From positions 1 to 43,462 of the forward strand of contig NIVC01002270.1 in the NCBI GenBank assembly GCA_002269645.1: a DNA stretch of 43,462 bases, given 5' to 3'. This stretch comes from Macrostomum lignano (taxonomy: Eukaryota). Each line of letters begins with the position of its first letter. The first letter of the stretch is position 1. The position numbers and the translations under genes were made by a program. The notes under the pieces were generated by a model, which was not told where the DNA came from, did no database searches, and worked only from the letters and a program-made list of their open reading frames with translations. Shown here piece by piece: positions 25,590-37,000 of the stretch.

Positions 25590-26195
25590 TCACAAGCTTG
25601 AAACCCCAGCATTCAAAAGCTTGAAACCCCATCATTCACAAGCTTGAAACCCCATCATTCACAAGCTTGAAACCCCATCATTCACAAGCTTGAAACCCAA
25701 TCATTCACAAGCTTAAAACCCCAACATTCACAAGCTTGACACCCCAACATTCACAACCTTGAAACACCATCATTCACAAGCTTGAAACCCAAGCATTCAC
25801 AAGCTTGAAACTGCGTCATTCACAAGGTTGAAACTCCGTCATTCAAAAGCTTGAAATCCCATCAATCACAAGCTTGAAATGCCATAGTTCACAATCTGGT
25901 AACTCCATCTTTCACAAGCTTGAAACCCCATCATTCAAAAGCTTGAAACCCATCATTCACAAGCTTGAAACCCAATCATTCACAAGCTTGAAACCCCAGC
26001 ACTCACAAGCTTGAAATCCCATCATTCACAAGCTTGAAATCCAATCATTCACAAGCTTGAAACCCAATCATTCACAAGCTTGAAACCCAATCATTCACAA
26101 GCTTGAAACCACATCATTCACAAGCTTGAAACCACATCATTCACAAGCTTGAAACCACATCATTCACAAGCTTGAAACCCTATCATTCACAAGCT
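25590..26195. repeat. 23/24-bp minisatellite (CATTCACAAGCTTGAAACCCCAT)n
   Basis: Direct reading; AAGCTT core in most units. Confidence 0.93.
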
Positions 26196-27002
26196 ACATC
26201 CACCATCTACATTTAACTCGAAATCATGCAAACTTGAAGTTTTACTCAAACTCGAAAGTACAGAAATTCGAAAAGGCACGAAGGCATGAAAAGAACACAG
26301 TATATTCAGTTTAACTGTTTGAACCAATTCGAGCTTAAGCAACGCAAAGAGGCGCAACCCCGAGACTCCCAAGACTACACACAGACGCATTGCTAAGCTC
26401 GTATAATGACAAAACGAGGCAGGAAATCGGCAGTTTTTGCTCCCCAAAAATCTCCCCACTTTTGCTGGCCCCCCCCTCTCCTGCCTGCACAGGCCGACAC
26501 GGCAGCGAAAGTAAAAACAATTCATTCTGCTAAACAAGAGCTTGCTTGCTCGGCAAACACGAAGCCGCCCAAGGCCAAGACAGGGAGGGAGAGAGAGGCA
26601 TAACATAAACACCTGCAGCATCTTCCAGCATCCCAGTTGCAGGGCCGCATTCTGCGCGTCCCCTTGAAAATCAGTTGGCAATCCAGCGTCTTCTCTCTCT
26701 GTCACTCAAAAAAGTCGAACTGTGGCCCGAACAGGCTGTCCTGTCAGTTGCGTGGACAGCGGAATGAAATTTCAAGATCAAGAATGTCTCCGGTGCATGT
26801 CTATTGTATTATAGATGAGTCATCTTCTATACACAAAAGCCAAGCATGCAAATATTTCTTGGGATTTAAAAGGGGGACGGCATATTTTTATATCGGATCT
26901 TCCTGTCCAATGCCAGCTGCGTAAGTTGACTCTGCTGAGCAAGTTCAATGTCAATAAATAGATCGTGTGGACTCAATCAGAAAATCAGGGAAGAGTGGCA
27001 GT

Positions 27003-27176
27003 GGCCTAGCAACTGAGGATCTGGGAGGTTGGCCCAGCAACTGAGGATCTGCGAGGTTGGCCCAGCAACTGAGGATCTGGGAGGCTGGCCCAGCAACTGA
27101 GGATCTGGGAGGCTGGCCCAGCAACTGAGGATCTGGGAGGCTGGCCCAGCAACTGAGGATCTGGAGGTTGGCCTAG
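27003..27176. repeat. 28-bp minisatellite (CCCAGCAACTGAGGATCTGGGAGGCTGG) x6
   Basis: Direct reading. Confidence 0.93.
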
Positions 27177-27679
27177 GAATTGAGAGCTCGAGGGGGGGGA
27201 GGAAGACCGGAGGATATGAGATCGAGGGCGGCAGTGACTCAGAAACTCCGGGTTGAGTTTGCGACTCCAAAGAGAAGCGCACTCTTTGTTCTACTAGATC
27301 CATGCACTCTAGCCAGCAGGTCACACACATGCCCAGTTCAACACAGAAAAGGCACGCATTAAAAAATTCCAAATGGGCCGGCTATCTATAATTGAGTCGG
27401 GCGGCAACACAGGAGAAGCCCACCAACCGCGGACTGGTCTGTTTATCCTATAACTTCTCAGCCAGCATGTTTAGTCAGCAAGCAAAAGCTCAGCTAATCA
27501 GGGCCAGGCCGGGCAACTCCTGACAGACTGCGATGACTCAGCATTGTTTTTTTTACAGCGAATTCGAACACCCTGAGTGCGCATAGAGAAATGGAGAGAT
27601 ATATAGAAAGAAGCTTGTAAATAGAAGGAGAAAGAGGCCATTTCATTGAGCAGTGGAAATACTTCAATAGAGACCTTGA

Positions 27680-29124
27680 TAGGGTGGGTGCTGATCCTAT
27701 AAAATACCCGGAAGTAGGGTGATGGGCTGCTGGTCCTATAAAATACCCGGAAGTAGGGTGGGTGCTGACCCTATAAAATACCCGGAAGTAGGGTGATGGG
27801 CTGCTGGTCCTATAAAATACCCGGAAGTAGGGTGGGTGCTGACCCTATAAAATACCCGGAAGTAGGGTGGGTGCTGATCCTATAACATACCCGGAAGTAG
27901 GGTGGGTGCTGATCCTATAAAATACCCGGAAGTAGGGTGATGGGCTGCTGATCCTATAAAATACCCGGAAGTAGGGTGGGTGCGCTGCTGATCCTATAAA
28001 ATACCCGGAAGTAGGGTGATGGGCTGCTGGTCCTATAAAATACCCGGAAGTAGGGTGGGTGCTGATCCTATAAAATACCCGGAAGTAGGGTGGGTGCTGA
28101 CCCTATAAAATACCCGGAAGTAGGGTGGGTGCTGACCCTATAAAATACCCGGAAGTAGGGTGGGTGCTGATCCTATAACATACCCGGAAGTAGGGTGATA
28201 GGCTGCTGATCCTATAAAATACCCGGAAGTAGGGTGGGCTGCTGGCCCTATAAAATATCTGAAAGTAGGGTGGGCTGCTGGCCCTATAAAATACCTGGAA
28301 TTAGGGTGGGCTGCTGGCCCTATAAAATACCTGGAATTAGGGTGGGCTGCTGACCCTATAAAATACCCGGAAGTAGGGTGGGTGCTGACCCTATAAAATA
28401 CCCGGAAGTAGGGTGGGTGCTGATCCTATAACATACCCGGAAGTAGGGTGGGTGCTGATCCTATAAAATACCCGGAAGTAGGGTGGGTGCTGATCCTATA
28501 AAATACCCGGAAGTAGGGTGATGGGCTGCTGATCCTATAAAATACCCGGAAGTAGGGTGATGGGCTGCTGATCCTATAAAATACCCGGAAGTAGGGTGAT
28601 GGGCTGCTGATCCTATAAAATACCCGGAAGTAGGGTGGGCTGCTGGCCCTATAAAATATCTGAAAGTAGGGTGGGCTGCTGGCCCTATAAAATACCTGGA
28701 ATTAGGGTGGGCTGCTGGCCCTATAAAATATCTGAAAGTAGGGTGGGCTGCTGGCCTTATAAAATATCTGAAAGTAGGGTGGGCTGCTGACCCTATAAAA
28801 TACCTGGAATTAGGGTGGGCTGCTGGCCCTATAAAATACCTGGAATTAGGGTGGGCTGCTGACCCTATAAAATACCTGGAAGTAGGGTGGGTGCTGACCC
28901 TATAAAATACCTGGAAGTAGGGTGGGTGCTGACCCTATAAAATACCCGGAAGTAGGGAGGGCTGCTGATACTATAAAATACCTGGAAGTAGGGTGGGCTG
29001 CTGACCCTATAAAATACCTGGAAGTAGGTTGGGTGCTGACTTAATAAAATACCCGAAAGTAGGGTAGGGTGCTGACACAATAAAATACCCGGAAGTAGAG
29101 TGGCTGTTAACCCTATAAAATACC
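27680..29124. repeat. 35-40-bp minisatellite (CCTATAAAATACCCGGAAGTAGGGTGGGTGCTGAC), roughly 38 copies
   Basis: Direct reading; several unit variants, some apparently in higher-order blocks. Confidence 0.95.
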
Positions 29125-29966
29125 TTCAGGAGAGGCTGGTGCCCCTAAATATGGCCAGGAATGAGAGCAATACAAGATGCAGAGGTAAGGTACAAGAAAA
29201 CAGATTTAACAGAATAAAGAACACATGAAAGAATATACCGGACTACAATTGATAAATAAGTGAATACTTATTTATACTCTTGCATGTATTCATTAGTAAA
29301 GAAATGTGCAATTAATCAGTACATAATATAAACACACAAATTTGCCAGCACACATGTACATTGGGCAGAGTAAAGAATTCACTGTGCAATGTACTTTAAA
29401 AAAGCGTTTGGTCAGTCGAGTGCCAGCTATAAAAAGAGTGAAAAAAGCAAACAGTAGCTGAAGCCAGAAACTGTTATAACATTGAAATATTGACAGGAAT
29501 TGCCAATTATCAGTTCAAGTAAAAATAACCCTAAGAAGGCCCTGCCTGGTAATGCAACAACGTTAAGCATGATTGAAGCCATTGGTCCCGAAAGTTTACT
29601 AATAAAAATTTTAAAAGATTTTACGAACCTAATAGTATATGGTTAAATTAGGACAATACATACAAGCTATAAAAGGTAAATTTAAAATTTTAGGATATTA
29701 GCACAGAAAAGTTTGCAACAAGAAAACTGGTGACTAGAAAAGTGCAGAACAAAACGGCGGTTTTGGACAGTATAAACGAATTGATAAAGGAATCAATATT
29801 GTAATTAGGCTACTAGATAATTTCAACTATTAATAATTAATTTAACAATAAGCCATAAAAGGGTATAGGCGATATGATCCTTCAGAAGATTTTAAACCGA
29901 CTTTACTGCAGTATTAAATAGTACAGCTGCTGCACCGATTGCACCAATTATAAAGTGGCTTTGCGC

Positions 29967-30176
29967 ACTGATAAAGTACACTTGCACTGATAGAGTACAC
30001 TTGCACTGATAGAGTACACTTGCACTGATAAGAGTGCACTTGCACAGATAGAGTACACTTGCACTGATAAGAGTGCACTTGCACTGATAAGAGTGCACTT
30101 GCACTGATAGAGTGCACTTGCACTGATAGAGTACACTTGCACTTATAGAGTGCACTTGCACTGATAGAGTACACTT
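29967..30176. repeat. 18-20-bp minisatellite (GCACTGATAGAGTGCACTT)n
   Basis: Direct reading. Confidence 0.92.
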
Positions 30177-30704
30177 AAAGTGCGACAGCACTAAAAGGTT
30201 ACACGCGCCAGTGCAGTAAAAATATCAGTTGTGGCTTAGAGGACACACAAAAAGCATGCGTAAATTGAATGATTAAAAACGCATTTAAATAAAAATATTG
30301 ATAGATCCGATTAGAGTGAACGACCAGGGTTTTCAATCAAAAAAGCATCAATCAATAAAAATAGATGATAGGTTAAATAATCAACTTCTTTATTAGACTT
30401 TGCATGCAATTAACAACGAATCGTATTTGTAAACTGCTATGTAACACCAAAATGTACATTTATGGGCAGAGATACGGTGAGGACAAGGGTTAATAACGGA
30501 CCGGACATTGAATTGCAGGAATTAGCAGCTTTAATTACAGCAAGACTATCAAACAGGTAGAAAACAGAGATTAATGCTATAAAGGTGAATTTATGAATCG
30601 TTTGAAAATTTATGCAGTCGTTGACAACTGCAGAGTAAACTGGGGGAATGCTGAATGCAGACTGACATGACGCAAGACTCAATTTTTAAAAGGATAATTT
30701 GTAC

Positions 30705-30752
30705 CTAGATTTCAGTTACGATACTGCGACCGACGTTAGTTCTCAAATCTAC
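30705..30752 (-). CDS. Candidate terminal exon 4 of the Ig-domain membrane protein (VDLRTNVGRSIVTEI*)
   Basis: Phase-0 acceptor TTAGTCAG| matches the potential phase-0 donor CAG|GTGTAA at 31312/31311; ends in a class I PDZ-type motif (TEI). Inference only. Confidence 0.4.
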   Translation of the reverse strand, partial: VDLRTNVGRSIVTEI

Positions 30753-30784
30753 CTGACTAAGCCAAATGGACTTTCACGCTCAAC

Positions 30785-31119
30785 GGACACAAAGAGTGAC
30801 AGAAATTTCACACCCAATGGACATAAAGAGTGACAGAAATCTCACACTCACGGATCCAAAGAGTGACAGAAATCTCACACTCAACGGATCCAAAGAGTGA
30901 CAGAAATCTCACACCCAATGGATCTAAAGAGTGACAGAAATCTCACACCCAATGGATCTAAAGAGTGACAGAAATCTCGCACCCAACGGACACAAAGAGT
31001 GACAGAAATCTCACACCCAACGGAACCAAAGAGTGACAGAAATCTCACACCCAACGGACACAGAGAGTGACAGAAATCTCGCACCCAACGGACACAAAGA
31101 GTGACAGAAATCTCACAGC
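30785..31119. repeat. 34-bp minisatellite (AAAGAGTGACAGAAATCTCACACCCAACGGAC..), about 10 copies
   Basis: Period 34 at 30861/30895/30929. Confidence 0.93.
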
Positions 31120-31305
31120 TATATGTCAAGTAACACACAATTGGTCGCACTTTGAAATCCTACAGACACGCTAAACAACGCGAATGCAAATGACATCAAA
31201 ACCATTGAATTTATCATTGCAAAAATTATCTAAACTCAAGCTGTTTCGTTGATGGTTGATAATTAAAACAAGAGACAAACTGAGATTTCGTCACTGGCTG
31301 TTGTT

Positions 31306-31466
31306 TTACACCTGCATAGGCTGAGACGCCGACTCGTCCAATTCTTCGGCTGGTTTGCGCTGGCAGAACAGCACGAAGCCCAGGATAATTAGGAATACGC
31401 CGAGCACTGCGCCAACGGAGGCGGCCGCTATCTCTCCCTGGGTCAGGGGATAGTCCCTGGGTATGG
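31306..31466 (-). CDS. Ig-domain membrane protein exon 3: transmembrane helix and short tail
   Basis: Acceptor CCCCGCAG|, phase 1. AIPRDYPLTQGEIAAASVGAVLGVFLIILGFVLFCQRKPAEELDESASQPMQV*. This exon is not in the ORF track. Confidence 0.85.
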
Positions 31467-31592
31467 CTGCGGGGAAGGCGGTGTTGAAAAATGTTAATTA
31501 AAGAGATGGGATTTCACTGACGCCAGTTGAGATTTGGGAATAGTTAAATGAATGCGGAACTAACATTTAAGTATCGGAAGTGCCTTTGTAGT

Positions 31593-32510
31593 GTCAGGGA
31601 GATGCTATGAGTGTCAGAGAGATTCCCTACAATGTCAGGGAGATGCAGTGAGTCTCAGGGAGACGCCGTGAGTTTCAGGGAGACGCCATGAGTGTCAGGG
31701 AGATGCAGTGAGTCTCAGGGAGACGCCATGAGTGTCAGGGAGACGCCATGAGTGTCAGGGAGACGCCATGAGTGTCAGGGAGATGCAGTGAGTCTCAGGG
31801 AGACGCCATGAGTGTCAGGGAGACGCCATGAGTGTCAGGGAGACGCCATGAATGTCAGGGAGACGCCATGAGTGTCAGGGAGACGCCATGTGTGTCAGGG
31901 AGACGCCATGAGTGTCAGGGAGATGCCCTACAATGTCAGGGAGATGCAGTGAGTCTCAGGGAGACGCCATGAGTGTCAGGGAGATGCTATGAGTGTCAGG
32001 GAGATGCTATGATTGTCAGGGAGACGCCATGAGTGTCAGGGAAACGCCATGAGTGTCAGGAAAACGCCGTGAGTGTCAGGGAGACGCCATGAGTGTCAGG
32101 GAGATGCCCTACAATGTCAGGGAGATGCAGTGAGTCTCAGGGAAACGCCATGAGTGTCAGGGAGATGCTATGAGTGTCAGGGAGATGCTATGATTGTCAG
32201 GGAGACGCCATGAGTGTCAGGGAAACGCCATGAGTGTCAGGAAAACGCCGTGAGTGTCAGGGAGACGCCATGAGTGTCAGGGAGATGCCCTACAATGTCA
32301 GGGAGATGCAGTGAGTCTCAGGGAAACGCCATGAGTGTCAGGGAGATGCTATGAGTGTCAGGGAGACGCCATGAGTGTCAGGGAGATGCCATGAGTGTCA
32401 GGAGACGCCATGAGTGTCAGGGAGACGCCATGAGTGTCAGGGAGACGCCATGAGTGTCAGGGAGACGCCATGAGTGTCAGGGAGACGCCATGAGTGTCAG
32501 GGAGATGCCC
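31593..32510. repeat. 20-bp minisatellite (GAGTGTCAGGGAGACGCCAT)n filling intron 2 of the Ig gene
   Basis: Direct reading, about 45 units. Confidence 0.95.
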
Positions 32511-32541
32511 CACTATATTATAGTCTATATTACAGTCTCAC

Positions 32542-32985
32542 CAGGACAATAGACGTAGATATCCTTGTAGATCGCTGGCTCGGCCGAGTCTCCAATGGCG
32601 CACCTAAATCTAGTTTTGCCGTCAAGTTTCAAAGCGGAACAGTTGGGCAGCAGAACGGTGGATTCGGTAGTTTTGAGCAGGTTGCCATCGGACGAACAGG
32701 TGGAATTGTCCGAAACGGAACGGACACGAAAGGCATTCGGATTGGCTGGATCGGGCAGCTGAACGCTCACGCCTCGATAGTCCAGTTTGAGCTGGGCAGC
32801 GGGATAGCCGCAGGTAGACCGGCAGGTGAAGTTCAAGCCGCCGCCTAGGGTCAGGTCGTAGGGCGCGGCGGCACTGCCGTCGGCGGCTTTGGCAGCGGCG
32901 GCTGCAGCTGCCTGCTGACCGGCGGCTGCGTCGCGGCTGGGCTGACCAACTGGGGTGGCTGTGAACTTCTCGATTGTGGCTGGCC
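32542..32985 (-). CDS. Ig-domain membrane protein exon 2: Ala-rich insert and second Ig-like domain
   Basis: Acceptor AACTCAG|, donor G|GTGAGA, phase 1 at both ends. WPATIEKF...AAAAAAAKAADG...LNFTCRSTCGYPAAQLKL...KTRFRCAIG...IYVYCP is open throughout. Confidence 0.85.
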
Positions 32986-33050
32986 CTGAGTTGATGAAGG
33001 GGATAAATTATCATTTAGGAAATTTGTAAGATTCATACAGTCAATGTGTC

Positions 33051-33576
33051 AGAGCCAGCCTCCAAGGCACAGACTGTACACTGCTTGACGAGGGGAGGTA
33101 GCCTAGTGGTTAGAGCGTCGGACTAACGACTTGAAGGTCGGGGGTTCGATTCCTGATCCCACTAGGAACCATTTGTGTCCTTGAGCAAGACACATAACTC
33201 TGCATTGCTTCAGTTCACCCAGCTGTAAAATGGGTGCCAGCATTAGCTGGGGTAACTGAGGGTGTGTGTGGCGACCCGCCCCCCCCCCCAGTCCTTGGAC
33301 TGAACAGCCGTACGCAGCCTGCCCGTTAGGACAGGTGTAATCAGTTCTTATTTTTATTGTTATTACTGACGATAAGAAATCAATGGACACTGTACACGAT
33401 GTGTGAGCGTAATTAAAAACTTGTACACAGCCCTCGGATGTCACTGGCTGCCAAACCTGGCGATCACGAGGATGACAGACAGTCCGCAACCAGTGCGCTC
33501 ACACGGGTGTACAACGGCCCTGACTTTCTCTCATTGTCAGACATGTACACTCTGTGTGCCTTATGAGGTTGACTCT
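33051..33576. mobile_element. Foldback/MITE-like element with ~70-bp inverted arms in Ig gene intron 1, left arm interrupted by a SINE
   Basis: 33051-33080 is inverted relative to 33544-33576. Removing the SINE restores a left arm that aligns with the right arm and with the copy at 3590-3668. Confidence 0.65.
33092..33366 (+). mobile_element. tRNA-derived SINE
   Basis: A box TAGCCTAGTGG and B box GGTTCGATTCC. Body GTGTCCTTGAGCAAGACAC...CCCAGCTGTAAAATGGG resembles conserved SINE central domains. TTA-rich tail; TGACGA direct repeat at 33086-33091 and 33367-33372 (probable TSD). Confidence 0.85.
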
Positions 33577-33619
33577 CCCTTCCTTGGAGAAATTCTAGCT
33601 CATAATAAAATCAACTTAC

Positions 33620-34022
33620 AGTTGACGTCGAGAAAAGCGTAACTCTGATTGGTGACAAATTTGCAATACCACAGGCCGCGATCTTTCCACGAGACAGTCT
33701 TGATTCGAACAGTGTACTTAGTAGCCAGCTTAGCATTAGGATTGTTGCAGAAAATGTCGTGCTTCTCAATATTGTAAGCGATGCAATTTTCGGCCACTTC
33801 TGCACCTGTTGGGGAGTGCCAATATACCGAATAGGTTTTCCGCTGTTTGCCAGCTGACTCCAGATGGCAGGTGAGGTTAGCGGACTGGCCAACATTCACT
33901 GGCACCGGGGTTACGGAGGCAGTGATGCGGAATTCGGTATCGTTAGTTTTAGCCACTGTTTCTGCTGTTGTGACCAGCAGTATTGACAGTGTCAGCAGGA
34001 AACTGCAGGTGCTGGGTGTCAT
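33620..34022 (-). CDS. Ig-domain membrane protein exon 1: signal peptide and first Ig domain
   Basis: MTPSTCSFLLTLSILLVTTAETVA (signal-like); ANLTC...YSVYW...VSWKDRGLWYC..FLDVN is a canonical Ig C-W-DxGxYxC pattern; donor T|GTAAGT. Exons 1-3 give 335 aa. Confidence 0.9.
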
Positions 34023-37000
34023 TGTGGCTGACTTATAGAACTGACTGGAACAGTAAGCGATTAGTTATAGCTTAATATAAATACGCCTACCTGGATTATA
34101 AAGACAGACGTGTATATACACACAAATTATTTTTCTGTTTATTTCCCGCTTGCACAAGCCAATGACCGGGCAGAGCGGTTTAGAAAAAGTGGGAAGGGAA
34201 AAGGAGAGCCCGGAGACCCGAGAGCGAATAGGAGCAGATGCACAGATGAATTTTGACAGATCTGCATCACACAGCAGCAGAAATTGAAGTCGCAAAAAAG
34301 GTTAAACGAAAGGTAAACGTGAATCTGGTTCATCCAAGCAATCGAAGGCCTCCAGCTATCTCAGTTCCATCCCTAGCAGTCTTATCAATTCCCACTGGGG
34401 CTGGTAGAAGCCCGCGCTTCTTGGGGTGAAAAATCCCACTCTCTATCCAGAATCCCCAGATGCAGACTGCAGGCGCCTTGGAGACACACCTGGACCTCTG
34501 CTGGGTGGGCTGGGCAGGTTAGCATTATTGCACTGCAGCAAAATGTTATTGAACTATAAAACTGTGCCAATATAGCCAATATGGTTATTTATTGATACCT
34601 ATAGCGAAACTAGCGAAACTATGTGAGAATTACTAAGTACCCACAATTGAGTTTTTATATTGCACCATTCCATTTAAGAACAAAAACAATTTCTATAGGA
34701 ATAAGTATTATTTTATAGATAGGCATTTAGCAATAGCTGTATTTGGTATTTGGTAACAAATTCTTGTGCCAATTAAAATGGATAAATTCAATAATCTTTA
34801 ACTTATAAGTAAAAGTCATCTAAGAGTTGAGTTAGACTAAAAGTATAGTTTAAGAATTTATTTCTTATATTTTTAACAAAATACTTTACAGCTAATATTA
34901 GTATAAATTTAGGATATGCCTTTAAATTTATACTTTAACTTAGTCATCTAGGATTTTGAGGGATTTGGTAATAAAATACATTTTGGTCAATAATAGCATT
35001 GCTAGGCCTAATCAATGTTAAATACTTGATTCAAATCTTATTGCCTAATAAAACCTGGATAAATAATGATCTTACTCTATTTTGTGGAAATGCAACTGTT
35101 ATTTAGCATTGATATAAATAAATCTTCATATCTTCATATGAAAAATTAATTTGAAAGAATTGTTAAGATTCTCATAAGGAATAATTTTGATCCATTTAAT
35201 TTCTGACCTAAATATACTTTATTGTGACTTAATTGCCCAACAACCCTTAAAAAACAAATTTCATTAAAAAACTACATAATCTAGGTTTTTCTCTCTTGTA
35301 TACACAATCATTGGACCTAAAGACAATTATAATAAAGGCAAAGAAACAATGACCAAGCAACTAAACATCTCTTAGGAGCATGAACAATTCAAAGAAAAAA
35401 AACTATATTAAGCACTAGCTATATAATTGCTTTATCTATAAGAATATTTTCAGGCCTGATTTAAAAAAAGAAACTTTTTTCTAAGCATTTTTAAAAATAA
35501 TAAATATTTAGAATTTCTGCTTAAGCTTAAAACTGAGATCTTACCTAAAAAGTACACCCAAGAAAGCTGCAAAATTTGTGGTAGAATCAGGAAATGATAT
35601 TTTGCACTATGCAACTAAATGTGCTGCCAAACTAGATGCTAGGAAAAAAAATTTAGCCAAAACCAATTGAGAACAAGGCAATTCTACAGCATAGACAATG
35701 AAATAATTATGCTATAAACAAAAATAGAATTAAAAAAAACCTGCTAGCCAGTGAGACAATTTATAAACTCAATAATAGTCTTCCTCCCTAATCAACCTAA
35801 TAATCTAGACAATACCCTGGGTGTCTCTTGCTGTTGCTATCTGTCCTACACCACTTCAAATCTATTATGCCTAATCTTTTTTAAAGTTCCTTTCTTTCTG
35901 CTCTATCCCCTACTTTGTTCTTGCTTCTTTTTTGCAAATGCTGGTATAATTGCTATTGTAATTAATAATAATTAATAATAATTAATAATATTAATAATTA
36001 TTATTAATATTAATTAAATAATGCAATTCAAAGATATACAAGTGTGGAAGTTTTCAATTCTTTAAAACATTTGAAATATGGAAGTTATAGACAAAATCAT
36101 GATCTCAAACTGCTTTGAGTAAAAGTGCTCATTATAATTTTTGGAATATAGAAAAAACAATTCAATATTGTCATTTAATTCCAAACTAACTGTACTTGAA
36201 GGTACTGCAATGATTTTTTTCTTGAAAGAGCAAAACTGGTTTAAATATTTAAAAAAAGGAAAAAAGTACATTTTTTATAGAAATACACTCTTGATTGCTT
36301 AATCTGATTTCTAACAACAAAATAGTTATTTTCCTGTAGGTACAAACCATTATTACTCTAGGTGAATTTTCAAAAGTGCATACTTTGCCAAAAGTAAATT
36401 GAAGCTTAATATTTATAAACATTAGAAACAGACCACTAGTGGGTATTCTACTTTGGTTACTTAACTTATTATAATGGACTAATATAAACTGGCACTGGCA
36501 GAGACAGATTTAAGAGAAACTAATTTCTCCATTGTATTTGGCTCTAGCGTTACAATAGCTATATCAGGGTCTAACTGGCTAAGTTATCAAAAGAAGCTAA
36601 ATACCAATCACTAGTTTTACCATCTTATACCTACCATACTACAATTTTAGTCACATGCAATAGTAATACTCTCCTTTAAAAGTTTTTAATATCTAAAATT
36701 CTGGGTTAAATTTTATAAAATTTCTCAAACAGTGAAATTTTAGCTGTTTTTGTTTACATGCTAGTGGTTTGCAAGTAGCTACTTCTGTGTGAAAATACAC
36801 TGTTATTAATAGGTATTAGTATTATAAATTTTGTATATGACCTATAAAAGCTGAAATGTAAATTGTACTTTTCTACTTTTATTTTGTTATTTGTTTGTTT
36901 GGGCCAGCTAGCCTTTGGGGGGTATGGCCTTGGCCACTTTCTCCCCCTTCTATAATGATCCAAACACACTTGAAAGCTTGCCAAAAGTGTACATTTAATA

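Noticed and set aside
27680-29124. CRISPR-like array
   Set aside because: Units are head-to-tail with no unique spacers, the context is eukaryotic, and there are no cas genes. The same holds for the other minisatellites.
31120-31162. 43-nt micro-exon of the Ig gene (DFKVRPIVCYLTYS)
   Set aside because: Good splice signals, but the phase-1 end has no compatible open downstream acceptor.
33092-33161. Functional tRNA gene (AAC at the anticodon position)
   Set aside because: Anticodon and T stems pair poorly, there is no T-run terminator directly after, and it continues into a SINE body, tail and TSD.
35150-36620. Relic coding sequence in the AT-rich block (for example a CKICG...C..MCC RING-like string near 35570)
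   Set aside because: It requires reverting several stops and choosing among frames; stop density is not clearly below random. A search with C>T-tolerant alignment would be needed.
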